The position numbers and the translations under genes are program-made. A stretch of 64,000 nt of DNA from assembly GCF_964204865.1 (NCBI RefSeq), contig NC_135264.1, positions 12,710,001 to 12,774,000 of the forward strand. The letters run 5' to 3'. Below, one piece after another: positions 49,146-61,833 of the stretch; positions within the stretch are counted from its first letter, which is position 1; each line of letters starts with the position of its first letter. The notes under the pieces were generated by a model. That model searched no databases. It saw only the letters and a list, made by a program, of their open reading frames with translations, and was not told where the DNA came from. The stretch comes from Styela clava (taxonomy: Eukaryota).

Positions 49146-52100
49146 CAAACTGGAAGAACATATTATATAAATTTACCTATTAATTAAAAAAGTAGCAAAT
49201 TTATATATTTATTATACTTGGATACTATTTGTATTTTTCTCCTTTTCATGTAATGCAAAATTCGTAGTTTTATTTATATTATTTTCATAATTTTATACCT
49301 TGAAAGTTTATAATTTTTTTTCATATTTTTGTATAGCGAAGTGCAATTTTTTCAATTTAATATCTATGAATACGCTATTTTATGAAAAAAAAGATATATA
49401 TTCTATAACGAAAATAATTTTTGTTTGACTAATTTTATAATTTGGAATATTGTATACCGTGTCCAGAAAAGTTGCTGCAGAAAATTTCACCGCAAGAAAT
49501 TTCGCCGCATAGAAAAACTCGCAGCATGAAAAATTGCCACAAAAGTATTTTGCTAAACAATTTTCAGCTTTCAATATCATCGGGCTCCAGCGCGAAATGT
49601 TACCACGGCTTCTCTGTTTTCATAGTCTCACTTAATACCTAAATATGGTTGAGGTATTGAACGCAGTTTCCTCCTGAGAAATTAACAAAACGGTTGAATT
49701 AACGGTTAAGATAACAGGCTTAGAGATTTTGAAATTTGACCTGAATTTTCGAAATTTCTAGAATACTAAAAAATATAATCCGTTTTGTTTTACAATGACT
49801 CTATATACTAAATTATCAAAATTTTAGTCTAATTAGTTTTATAAAGTGATTCAAAGAGTCAGCAGGATAAATTTGAAGAAGAATATGAGTTAAAAATTGC
49901 ATTTTTGAGAAAATACATAATAATTTGTGTCAATTTCGGAAGGTAAAGCATTGAGAGATCATTAACATTATTATTCTAAGCCTTTTGTGACTACATTTTA
50001 CAAATAGGTTCAAATAAATTTCGAATGAATAACAACAATCCAGAATCTATCACGAATTTGCAATAAAAAACATGATTTCAAAATAGAGTCGTAGATGAAT
50101 AATACGATATTCATAAACGTTTGCCTTCAGGTTGTGACCCAGTGACTCAGATAACATTTTTGGAAAACTATTGTTGATGTTTTCTGGCAACATGATTCGG
50201 ACAGTATATGACGCAAAATATGTTTCTATATTTCAAATTGGACCAAAGTACATTTTCAAATTAATTTGTCGCTTTTATATACTATTCGACTTCAATCAAA
50301 TATCAAATGATTCATTACGTTGCCAAATATGTGAGTCAGTTATATATTGATGGATTTAACAGGAAGTTCTGTAAGAAATAGTTTAACTTTTTATCGACAA
50401 ATGCGGAACGAAACAACGCACTTGCATGAGGATCATGTAGAAATTATAAGGAGATCCTTTCATGTATAATTAATGAAATAGTTTCTGTCATTTAGACAAA
50501 TATAATTCATTATCTCTGAATGTATTCATATTTTCTGGTAGACATTGATATAAACGGTACCTAATTCATCATTAGAATCAGTTTTGTTAAGACTTGTACA
50601 TTAAAACCCCAAGTGATCGATTAAACAAAAGGTGACAAAAAAAACAAAAAAGTAGCTGAGACGTTTGTAAAGAGTTCAATACAAAACTACAATTTTACAA
50701 GTGTATATAATTAGGTATAATCTTTCAACGATGCAAATGCTCACGAAAATTGTAGATTTTTTATTAAAACTGAAATTTAATTATTGGAAAGAGGAAATGT
50801 GGATTTCTCTATTTTTCTATGTCAAAAAATTGAGCAGCATTGAATATCAAAAACGCATCAATGATCAAATATGTTATCAGCATTACAATTACGTTTTCCT
50901 GTTTCTGTTTCTATCGGAATAAATTGTTAAAAAATGTTAGATGTGTAAGACAGTGTGATTTTTATTTGTAGATTTTAAACTTTTTATCCCTAAAAATAAG
51001 CAAATTATTAATTGGAAAATAAACTAAAGAATTGAAAAAACGTTTAGGACGACAAGACACAAATAATGTGTTTTATTCGCACTTACTTATAATGAACTAC
51101 ATTTTAAGCTTCCTGTCACGAAGAAAGAAAAACCAATGCATATCCTGATATTGGGAGCTATTGAACTCAACAAATGCATCAAAATTGAATGAACAATTTG
51201 TCCAAACATTATTTTCTATTGTATATTAATTAATACAGGACATAAAGATAGGTAAAATGGGTAAACAAATGCACGATACACAATTTCTACCTATAACTCC
51301 AAGTGGTATGGTATTACTAGTTCGATATTCAAACTAGACTATATTGCTCAGGAATTGTTCTTATCCTAAGTTAATGACAATGCTCCACTTTTGACAAGAT
51401 AGCGGACCTCAGCAAGTGGCAGAAGAGGGACCAATCGCGTTGATTTGTGAGAACTGCTACGCCTGGTCAGCAAAGACCATCCCGTTTAGGAGAGATTATT
51501 TTTGAACAGCACGAAATCAGTAATTAAATATTGCAGATTGTGTGACTGCATTACAAGTCGATATTTAAAGTGATCTTATGAATGTATTGATAAAGTGGTT
51601 TTTTATTAATAATCATCTTACAAATCATCGTTTATCGTATTTTGAAAAATACAGTTGGAGATTATTTTAATCGCCCTTATACTAAGATCGATATGTTAAT
51701 TTCTTCACTGATATACTAAAAATTACATCCGTTTTATAGAAACAAAATTATGTAAATAAATTCGGACTTCCTGAAGTATGGGCACCAAGATGCTGCACAA
51801 CTTGAACTCAGGTTGTGTACCAGGTTAGGGTTCAGGTTGTGCGACACCTTGGTGCGCATACTTCAGGAGTAACATGAATTCTATATATATTGGGCTTAAT
51901 ATATTCTTTATCACATATAATACTCAATACTTTATTAAAAATATTCGAGGTTACTTTTCACTTTGGAACACGCATCAATCAAAAATGCTATTAGTATTTT
52001 AAACACGTTTTCTTTTTTCCCTTTCTACCAAAACATAATTATCAGAAAAAAGTTATATGTGTGAAATATTTTCTTATTAGATTTTTTACTTTTTACCGCT

Positions 52101-52406
52101 TAAAATTAGCAAAGTGATAAATAGATAGAAAACACGAAAGTTGGCAAAAATTGAACTAAAAAATGAATGTGACTCACACTTAGCTGATAGTCAGGAACTA
52201 TATTTTGAGCTTCCTGTCATGAGGGAAACCAATGTATATCTAGATATTGACAGAAAGTAGCCCAATACTTGCATTAAATTTAGCAATTCAAAAATTACCT
52301 GTTGCTTCCAAAACATACAAAAAGCCGATGGACACTATGAAAATCATTACAAGAACTTGCGACGCACATACCAACGAGAGAAACCTGAAAATTCAAATAT
52401 CATACA

Positions 52407-53027
52407 ATGAAGAACTTTATGCAACTTGTTGGACTGTTACTATGCGGTTTTCTACTTGTATCCAGTTTTCCCCACAAAAAGATGAAAACACATCCATTAT
52501 TCGGAATAGATAATTCAGCAGTAATTCATCGAAAAAAACGATCGATGGCTTCCATTTCTTTATCAGAATACAACATACGGAATTGCAATGTGAGATTTAA
52601 CGATGACATGTTTCTTGGTGTTCATGACATTTATTCTTCTTTGCCAATTTTATCTCAAAAGGAGCCGGTTGGCTTTGAATGGAAGTGCTTTGAATATGTA
52701 CAAACAGAAGATGCTAGTTTTCATTACGTTTTTGCAAAATATGACGGCACAAACTATAAATTCTTAACGGAAGATAACGGAAATCTTATTCTCAGCAAAT
52801 CTATAGCAAATTCTGACATAAATAACACTCCATTGGATAAAAAGGTATTTATTTATCAAAGAGATACAATGCGAGGTGGAAACGTATTAAAATTATTTGA
52901 TGAAGTTAACAGAAGAGTTAGTACAGCAACACGTGATGACTTAGGAACTTATTTACAACTTAAAAATTCAAATAACGCGGCGTTAGTTTATATTTGTACA
53001 ACTAGTCCAAATTGCAATGTTTTGTAG
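52407..53027 (+). CDS. Secreted prepro-protein, copy 6 (206 aa)
   Basis: Intact ORF; 3 aa differences from copy 5. Confidence 0.9.
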   Translation: MKNFMQLVGLLLCGFLLVSSFPHKKMKTHPLFGIDNSAVIHRKKRSMASISLSEYNIRNCNVRFNDDMFLGVHDIYSSLPILSQKEPVGFEWKCFEYVQTEDASFHYVFAKYDGTNYKFLTEDNGNLILSKSIANSDINNTPLDKKVFIYQRDTMRGGNVLKLFDEVNRRVSTATRDDLGTYLQLKNSNNAALVYICTTSPNCNVL

Positions 53028-56000
53028 AAAACTGGAAGAAAATATTATATAAATTTACCTATTAATTAAAAAAGTAGCAAATTTATATATTTATTATACT
53101 TGGATACTATTTGTATTTTTCTCCTTTTCATGTAATGCAAAATTCGTAGTTTTATTTATATTATTTTCATAATTTTATACCTTGAAAGTTTATAATTTTT
53201 TTTCATATTTTTGTATGGCGAAGTGCAATTTTTTCAATTTAATATCTATGAATACGCTATTTTATGAAAAAAAAGATATATATTCTATAACAAAAATAAT
53301 TTTTGTTTGACTAATTTTATAACTTGGAATATTGTATACCGTGTCCGGAAAAGTTGCTTCAGAAAATTTCACCGCAAGAAATTTCTCCGCATAGAAAAAC
53401 TCGCAGCATGAAAAATTGCCACAAAAGTATTTTGCTAAACAATTTTCAGCTTTCAATATCATCGGGCTCCAGCGCGAAATGTTACCACGGCTTCTCTGTT
53501 TTCATAGTCTCACTTAATACCTAAATAAGGTTGAGGTATTGAACGCAGTTTCCTCCTGAGAAATTAACAAAACGGTTGAATTAACGGTTAAGATAACAGG
53601 CTTAGAGATTTTGAAATTTGACTTGAATTTTCGAAATTTCTAGAATACTAAAAAATATAATCCGTTTTGTTCTACAATGACTCTATATATTAAATTATCG
53701 AAATTTTAGTCTAATTAGTTTTTTAAAGTGATTCAAAGAGTCAGCAAGATAAATTTGAAGAAGAATATGAGTTAAAAATTGCATTTTTGAGAAAATACAT
53801 AATATTTTGTGTCAATTTCGGAAGGTAAAGCATTGAGAGATCATTAACATTATTATTCTAAGCCTTTTGTGACTACATTTTACAAATAGGTTCAGATAAA
53901 TTTCGAATGAATAACAACAATCCAGAATCTATCACGAATTTGCAATAAAAAACATGATTTCAAAATAGAGTCGTAGATGAATAATATGACGTTTATAAAC
54001 GTTTGCCTTCAGGTTGTGACCCAGTGACTCAGATAACATTCTTGGAAAACTATTGTTGATGTTTTCTGGCAACATGATTCGGACAGTATATGACGCAAAA
54101 TATGTTTCTATATTTCAAATCGGACCAAAGTACATTTTCAAATTAATTTGTCGCTTTTATATACTATTCGACTTCAATCAAATATCAAATGATTCATTAC
54201 GTTGCCAAATATGTGAGTCAGTTATATATTGATGGATTTAACAGGAAGTTCTGTAAGAAATAGTTTAACTTTTTATCGACAAATGCGGAACGAAACAACC
54301 CACTTGCATGAGGATTATGTAGAAATTATAAGAAGATCCTTTCATGTATAATAAATGAAATAGTTTCTGTCATTTAGACAAATATAATTCATTATCTCTG
54401 AATGTATTCATATTTTCTGGTAGACATTGATATAAACGGTACCTAATTCATCATTAGAATCAGTTTTGTTAAGACTTGTACATTAAAACCCCAAGTGATC
54501 GATTAGACAAAAGGTGACAAAAAAACAAAAAAGTAGCTGAGAGGTTTGTAAAGAGTTCAATACAAAACTATAATTTTACAAGTGTATATAATTAGGTATA
54601 ATCTTTCTACGATGCAAATGCTCACGAAAATTGTAGATTTCTTATTAAAACTGAAATTTAATTATTGGAAAGAGGAAATGTGGATTTCTCTATTTTTCTA
54701 TGTCACAAAATTTAGCAGCATTGAATATCAAAAACGCATCAATGATCAAATATGCTATCAGCATTACAATTACGTTTTCCTGTTTCTGTTTCTATCGGAA
54801 TAAATTGTTAAAAAATGTTATATGTGTGAGACAGTGTGATTTTTATTTGTAGATTTTAAACTTTTTATCCCTAAAAATAAGCAAATTATTAATTGGAAAA
54901 TAAACTAAAGAATTGAAAAAACGTTTAGGACGACATGACACAAATAATGTGTTTTATTCGCACTTACTAATAATGAACTACATTTTAAGCTTCCTGTCAC
55001 GAAGAAAGAAAAACCAATGCATATCCTGATATTGGGAGCTATTGAACTCAACAAATGCATCAAAATTGAATGAACAATTTGTCCAAACATTATTTTCTAT
55101 TGTATATTAATACAGTACATAAAGATAGGTGAAATGGGTAAACAAATGCACGATACACAATTTCTACCTATAACTCAAAGTGGTATGGTATTACTAGTTC
55201 GATATTCAAACTAGACTATATTGCTCAGGAATTGTTCTTATTCCAAGTTAATGACAATGCTCCACTTTTGACAAGATAGCGGACCTCAGCAAGTGGCAGA
55301 AGAGGGACCAATCGCGTTGATTTGTGAGAACTGCTACGCCTGGTCAGCAAAGACCATCCCGTTTAGGAGAGATTATTTTTGAACAGCACGAAATCAGTAA
55401 TTAAATATTGCAGATTGTGTGACTGCATTACAAGTCGATATTTAAAGTGATCTTATGAATGTATTGATAAAGTGCTTTTTTATTAATAATCATCTTACAA
55501 ATCATCGTTTATCGTATTTTGAAAAATACAGTTGGAGATTATTTTAATCGCCCTTATACTAAGATCGATATGTTAATTTCTTCACTGATATACTAAAAAT
55601 TACATCCGTTTTATAAAAACCAAATTATGTAAATAAATTCGGACTTCCTGAAGTATGGGCACCAAGATGCTGCACAACTTGAACTCAGGTTGTGTACCAG
55701 GTTAGGGTTCAGGTTGTGCGACACCTTGGTGCGCATACCTCAGGAGTACCATAAATTCTATATATTTTGGGCTTAATATATTCTTTATCACATATAATAC
55801 TCAATACTTTATTAAAAATATTCGAGGTTACTTTTCACTTTGGAACACGCATCAATCAAAAATGCTATTAGTATTTTAAATACGTTTTCTTTTTTCCCTT
55901 TCTACCAAAACATAATTATCAGAAAAAAGTTATATGTGTGAAATATTTTCTTATTAGATTTTTTACTTTTTACCGCTTAAAATTAGCAAAGTGATAAATA

Positions 56001-56283
56001 GATAGAAAACACGAAAGTTGGCAAAAATTAAACTAAAAAATGAATATGACTCACACTTAGCTGATAGTCAGGAACTATATTTTGAGCTTCCTGTCATGAG
56101 GGAAACCAATGTATATCTAGATATTGACAGAAAGTAGCCCAATACTTGCATTAAATTTAGCAATTCAAAAATTACCTGTTGCTTCCAAAACATACAAAAA
56201 GCCGATGGACACTATGAAAATCATTACAAGAACTTGCGACGCACATACCAACGAGAGAAACCTGAAAATTCAAATATCATACA

Positions 56284-56904
56284 ATGAAGAACTTTATGCA
56301 ACTTGTTGGACTGTTACTATGCGGTTTTCTACTTGTATCCAGTTTTCCCCACAAAAAGATGAAAACACATTCATTATTCGGAATAGATAATTCAGCAGTA
56401 ATTCATCGAAAAAAACGATCGATGGCTCCCAATTCTTTTTCAGAATACAACATACGGAATTGCAATGTGAGATTTAACGATGACATGTTTCTTGGTGTTC
56501 ATGACATTTATTCTTCTTTGCCAATTTTATCTCAAAAGGAGCCGGTTGGCTTTGAATGGAAGTGCTTTGAATATGTACAAACAGAAGATGCTAGTTTTCA
56601 TTACGTTTTTGCAAAATATGACGGCACAAACTATAAATTCTTAACGGAAGATAACGGAAATCTTATTCTCAGCCAATCTATAGCTAATTCTGACATAAAT
56701 AACACTCCATTAGAAGAAATGTTATTTGTTTATCAAAGTGATACAATGCGAGGTGGAAACGTATTAAAACTATTTGATGGAGCTAACAGAAGAGTTAGTA
56801 CAGCAACACGTGATGACTTAGGAACTTATTTACAACTTAAAAATTCAAATAACGCGGCGTTAGTTTATATTTGTACAACTAGTCCAAATTGCAATGTTTT
56901 GTAG
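56284..56904 (+). CDS. Secreted prepro-protein, copy 7 (206 aa, mosaic)
   Basis: Intact ORF with two clustered divergent patches. Confidence 0.9.
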   Translation: MKNFMQLVGLLLCGFLLVSSFPHKKMKTHSLFGIDNSAVIHRKKRSMAPNSFSEYNIRNCNVRFNDDMFLGVHDIYSSLPILSQKEPVGFEWKCFEYVQTEDASFHYVFAKYDGTNYKFLTEDNGNLILSQSIANSDINNTPLEEMLFVYQSDTMRGGNVLKLFDGANRRVSTATRDDLGTYLQLKNSNNAALVYICTTSPNCNVL

Positions 56905-59900
56905 CAAACTGGAAGAACATATTATATAAATTTACCTATTAATTAAAAAAGTAGCAAATTTATATATTTATTATACTTGGATACTATTTGTATATTTCTC
57001 CTTTTCATGTAATGCAAAATTCGTAGTTTTGATTATATTATTTCCATAATTTTATACCTTGAAAGTTTATAATTTTTTTTCATATTTTTGTATAGCGAAA
57101 TGCAATTTTTTCAATTTAATATCTATGAATACGCTATTTTATGAAAAAAAAAGATATATATTCTATAACAAAAATAATTTTTGTTTGACTAATTTTATAA
57201 TTTGGAATATTGTATACCGTGTCCGGAAAAGTAGCTGCAGAAAATTTCACCGCAAGAAAGTTCTCCGCATAGAAAAACTCGCAGCATGAAAAATTGCCAC
57301 AAAAGTATTTTGCTAAACAATTTTCAGCTTTCAATATCATCGGGCTCCAGCGCGAAATGTTACCACGGCTTCTCTGTTTTCATAGTCTCACTTAATACCT
57401 AAATAAGGTTGAGGTATTGAACGCAGTTTCCTCCTGAGAAATTAACAAAACGGTTGAATTAACGGTTAAGATACCAGGCTTTGAGATTTTGAAATTTGAC
57501 TTGAATTTTCGAAATTTCTAGAATACTAAAAAATATAATCCGTTTTGTTCTACAATGACTCTATATACTAAATTATCGAAATTTTAGTCTAATTAGTTTT
57601 ATAAAGTGATTCAAAGAGTCAGCAGGATAAATTTGAAGAAGAATATGAGTTAAAAATTGCATTTTTGAGAAAATACATAATAATTTGTGTCAATTTCGGA
57701 AGGTAAAGCATTGACAGATCATTAACAATATTATTCTAAGCCTTTTGTGACTACATTTTACAAATAGGTTCAGATAAATTTCGAATGAATAACAACAATC
57801 CAGAATCTATCACGAATTTGCAATAAAAAACATGATTTCAAAATAGAGTCGTAGATGAATAATATGACGTTTATAAACGTTTGCCTTCAGGTTGTGACCC
57901 AGTGACTCAGATAACATTCTTGGAAAACTATTGTTCATGTTTTCTGGCAACATGATTCGGACAGTATATGACGCAAAATGTGTTTCTATATTTCAAATTG
58001 GACCAAAGTACATTTTCAAATTAATTTGTCGCTTTTATATACTATTCGACTTCAATCAAATATCAAATGATTCATTACGTTGCCAAATATGTGAGTCAGT
58101 TACATATTGATGGATTTAACAGGAAGTTTTGTAAGAAATTGTTTAACTTTTCATCGACAAATGTGGAACGAAACAATGCACTTACATGAGGATTATGCAG
58201 AAATTATAAGGAGATCCTTACATGTATAATTAAGGAAATAGTTTCTGTCATTTAGACAAATATATTTCATTATCTCTGGATGTATTCATATTTTCTGGTA
58301 GACATTGATATAAACGGTACCTAATTCATCATTAGAATCAGTTTTGTTAAGACTTGTACATTAAAACCCCAAGTGATCGATTAGACAAAAGGTGACAAAA
58401 AAACAAAAAAGTAGCTGAGAGGTTTGTAAAGAGTTCAATACAAAACTATAATTTTACAAGTGTATATAATTAGGTATAATCTTTCTACGATGCAAAGGCT
58501 CACGAAAATTGTAGATTTCTATTAAAACTGAAATTTAATTATTGGAAAGAGGAAATGTGGATTTCTCTATTTTTCTATGTCACAAAATTGAGCAGCATTG
58601 AATATCAAAAACGCATCAATGATCAAATATGCTATCAGCATTACAATTACGTTTTCCTGTTTCTGTTTCTATCGGAACCAAATTCCTAAAAAATGTTATA
58701 TGTGTGAGACAGTGTGATTTTTATTTGTAGATTTTAAATTTTTTATCCCTAAAAATAAGCAAATTATTAATTGGAAAAGAAACTAAAGAATTGAAAAAAC
58801 GTTTAGGACGACATGACACAAATAATATGTTTTATTCGCACTTACTAATAATGAACTACATTTTAAGCTTCCTGTCACAAAGAAAGAAAAACCAATGCAT
58901 GTCCTGATATTGGGAGCTATTGAACTCAACAAATTCATCAAAATTGAATGAACAATTTGTTTAACATTATTTTCTATTATATATTAATAGAGAACATAAA
59001 GATTGGTGAAATGTGTAAAATAAACGCAGGATACACAATTTCTACCTATAACTCAAAGTGGTATGACATTATTCGTCTGAGATTCAAATTAGACTATATT
59101 TCTATGAAAAAATTATTCCCCCAGGTTAAAGACAATGCATTGGTATTGCAATAAGAACAGAGTCTTATAATGCATGAATATAAACCCTGCAGTTGTTCCA
59201 TTTTTTGAACCAGATTTTGATTTTTACAAGAATCGTTATATTGTTCATTATATGTGTTTCTTTTATTTTTGTGTATCTCCCATTGAAATATGCGTGACAA
59301 AAATGTATAATTAATTTCGAACCTTCAGAAGATTTCACGAGCTTGAAAAACAGCAATTATTTGTATAGAAATAATTTTGAAAGAATTTGACCAGATTAAA
59401 CTATTTCAATCTCGAGATGTTTATTGCTTTTAATTTTATGATATATGTCGATTAATTTAGGGTGTTGTAATGAGTATAAAATGAACGATGATAGGTCTCC
59501 CTAATAACTTTCCATCGTAGCAGTGCTTCGCTAACAAAGACGGTTGTGATCAGCCGTTTACGGTCATCTGCCTACACACGTGAAACAAGTCGCTAAGTAC
59601 AATCACGATGATGTTGTTTGCCGTCCGCATCTGCCTCTGTCCTGCTGTTACCGGAGAAGGATGCAGTTTGACGTCTTACCCAGGTTCAGGTTCAGAGGAA
59701 ATTTAACCTCTACAGAGGGTTCAGGAAGCAATAAACGACACGTCTGGCACACGAAAACGTGGAAGACCCAGAACATGGATGTCCGACAATGTTAAGGACA
59801 TAGCGGACCTCAGCAAGTGGCAGAAGAGGGACCAATCGTGTTTAAGAGAGATTATTTTTGAACAGCACGAAATCAGCAATTAGACACTGCAGATTTTGTG

Positions 59901-60661
59901 ACTGCATTACAAGTCGATATGTTAGGTGACTTTATGAATGTGTTATTAAGGTGCTTTTTATATCAACAATTATCTTACAAATCACTGTTTATCGTATTTC
60001 GAAAAATATTGCTAGTGATTATTTTAATCGCCCTTACAATAATATCGATATGTTGAATTCTTCACGGATATAATAAAAATTATATCCGTTTTATAAAAAT
60101 CCAATTGTGTAAATAAATTCTATATATTTTGCGCCTAATATCTCCTTCATCACATATATACTTGATACTTTATTAAAAATATTCGAGGTTGCTTTTTTAT
60201 GCGACACAAGCTAACAGGATTGAATATCCAACTTTGGAGCACGCATCAATCAAAAATGCTATTAGTATTATAATTACGTTTCTTGTTTCTCTTTCTACCA
60301 AAACATAATTTTTAGAAAAAAGTTAAATGTGTTTTTTTATTAGATCGTTCACTTTTTATTGCCTAAAATTAGCAAAGCAATAAATAGCTAGAAAACACGG
60401 AAATTGGCAAAAATTTTAAATGCTAGCTAAAAATGAATATGACTAACAATCAGCTGGTAGTCAGGAACTATATTTTGAGCTTCCTGTCATGAGGGAAACC
60501 AATGTATATCTAGATACTGGCAGAAAGTAGCCTAATACTTGCATTAAATTTAGCGATTCAAAAATTACCTGTTGCTTCCAAAACATACAAAAAGCCGATG
60601 AACACCATGAAAAACATTACAAGAACTTGCAACGCACATCTGAAAATTCAAATATCATACA

Positions 60662-61282
60662 ATGAAGAACGTTATGCAAATTGTTGGACTGTTACTATGC
60701 AGTTTTCTACTTGTATCCAGTTTTCCCCACCAAAAGACGAAAACACATCCATTATTCGGAATAGGTAATTCAGCAGTAATTCATCGAAAAAAACGATCGG
60801 TGGCTTCTATTTCTTTATCAGAATACAACATACGGAATTGCAATGTGAGATTCAACGACGACATGTTTCTTAGTGTTCATGACATTTATTCTTCTTTGCC
60901 AATTTTATCTCTGAATGAGCCGGTTGGCTTCGAATGGAAGTGCTTTGAATATGTACAAACAGAAGATGCTAGTTTTCATTACGTTTTTGCAAAATATGAC
61001 GGCACAAACTATAAAGTTTTAACGGAAGATAACGGAAATCTTATTCTCAGCGAATCTATAGCAAATTCTGACATAAATAACACTCCATTGGATAAAATGG
61101 TATTTATTTATCAAAGGGATACAATGCGAGGTGGAAACGTATTAAAATTATTTGATGAAGCTAACAGAAGAGTTAGTACAGCAACACGTGATGACTTGGG
61201 AACTTATTTACAACTTCAAAATTCGAATAACGCGGCGATAGTTTATATTTGTACAACTAGTCCAAATTGCAATGTTTTGTAG
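60662..61282 (+). CDS. Secreted prepro-protein, copy 8 (206 aa)
   Basis: Intact ORF; signal peptide, HRKKR, 4 Cys. Confidence 0.9.
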   Translation: MKNVMQIVGLLLCSFLLVSSFPHQKTKTHPLFGIGNSAVIHRKKRSVASISLSEYNIRNCNVRFNDDMFLSVHDIYSSLPILSLNEPVGFEWKCFEYVQTEDASFHYVFAKYDGTNYKVLTEDNGNLILSESIANSDINNTPLDKMVFIYQRDTMRGGNVLKLFDEANRRVSTATRDDLGTYLQLQNSNNAAIVYICTTSPNCNVL

Positions 61283-61597
61283 CAAACTGGAAGTACCTAT
61301 TACCTAAATTTACTCATTTATTGAAAAAGCAGCAAATCTAAATATACTTTATACTTAGATACTATTCGTATTTTTTCTTCTTCTCATGTAATGCAAAATT
61401 CATAGTTCTATTTATATTATTTTAATAATTTTATACCTTGAAATTTTATAAATTTTTATTCATATATTTGTATGGCAAAGTGCAATTTTTTCAATATACT
61501 ATATACAAATACGCTATTCTATAAAAAATATATATATATATTCTATAACAAAAGTAGTTTTTGTTTGAATAATTTAATATAATTTGGAATATTGTAT

Positions 61598-61833
61598 ACC
61601 GTGTCCGGAAAATTTGCCGCATGAAATTTCGCCGTAGGTAATTTCGCCGAAAATATTTAGCTGTAAAACAAGTATTTATGAAAGCATGAAAAATTGCAGC
61701 AAAAACATTTTTTCTCTAAAACAAGTATTTGTAATAAAAACAGTTAGGTTAATATGACAAGGGCATGCTCTTAAATATCGAATCTTTTTTAAGTTAAAAC
61801 ACGAAATTTCCTGCGCGAGATTTCCTAGAACCA
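61598..61833. mobile_element. MITE with GAAATTTCGCCG subterminal repeats in the 3' flank; truncated versions follow copies 3-7 (e.g. 42685-42770)
   Basis: Tandem ~15-bp GAAATTTCGCCG(C/T)A repeats with inverted remnants at the right end; absent from the 3' flanks of copies 1 and 2. Confidence 0.55.

Noticed and set aside
42678-57340. Recurrent 60-76 aa ORFs in the 3' flanks and spacers
   Set aside because: They lie in MITE repeats or spacer DNA, often lack an ATG start, and recur only because the units are recent duplicates; indels disrupt them
58948-59154. 68-aa ORF directly behind a ghost promoter (possible second gene family)
   Set aside because: Frame is broken in the homologous positions of the other units; no signal peptide or motif; the region is homologous to non-coding DNA upstream of copy 1
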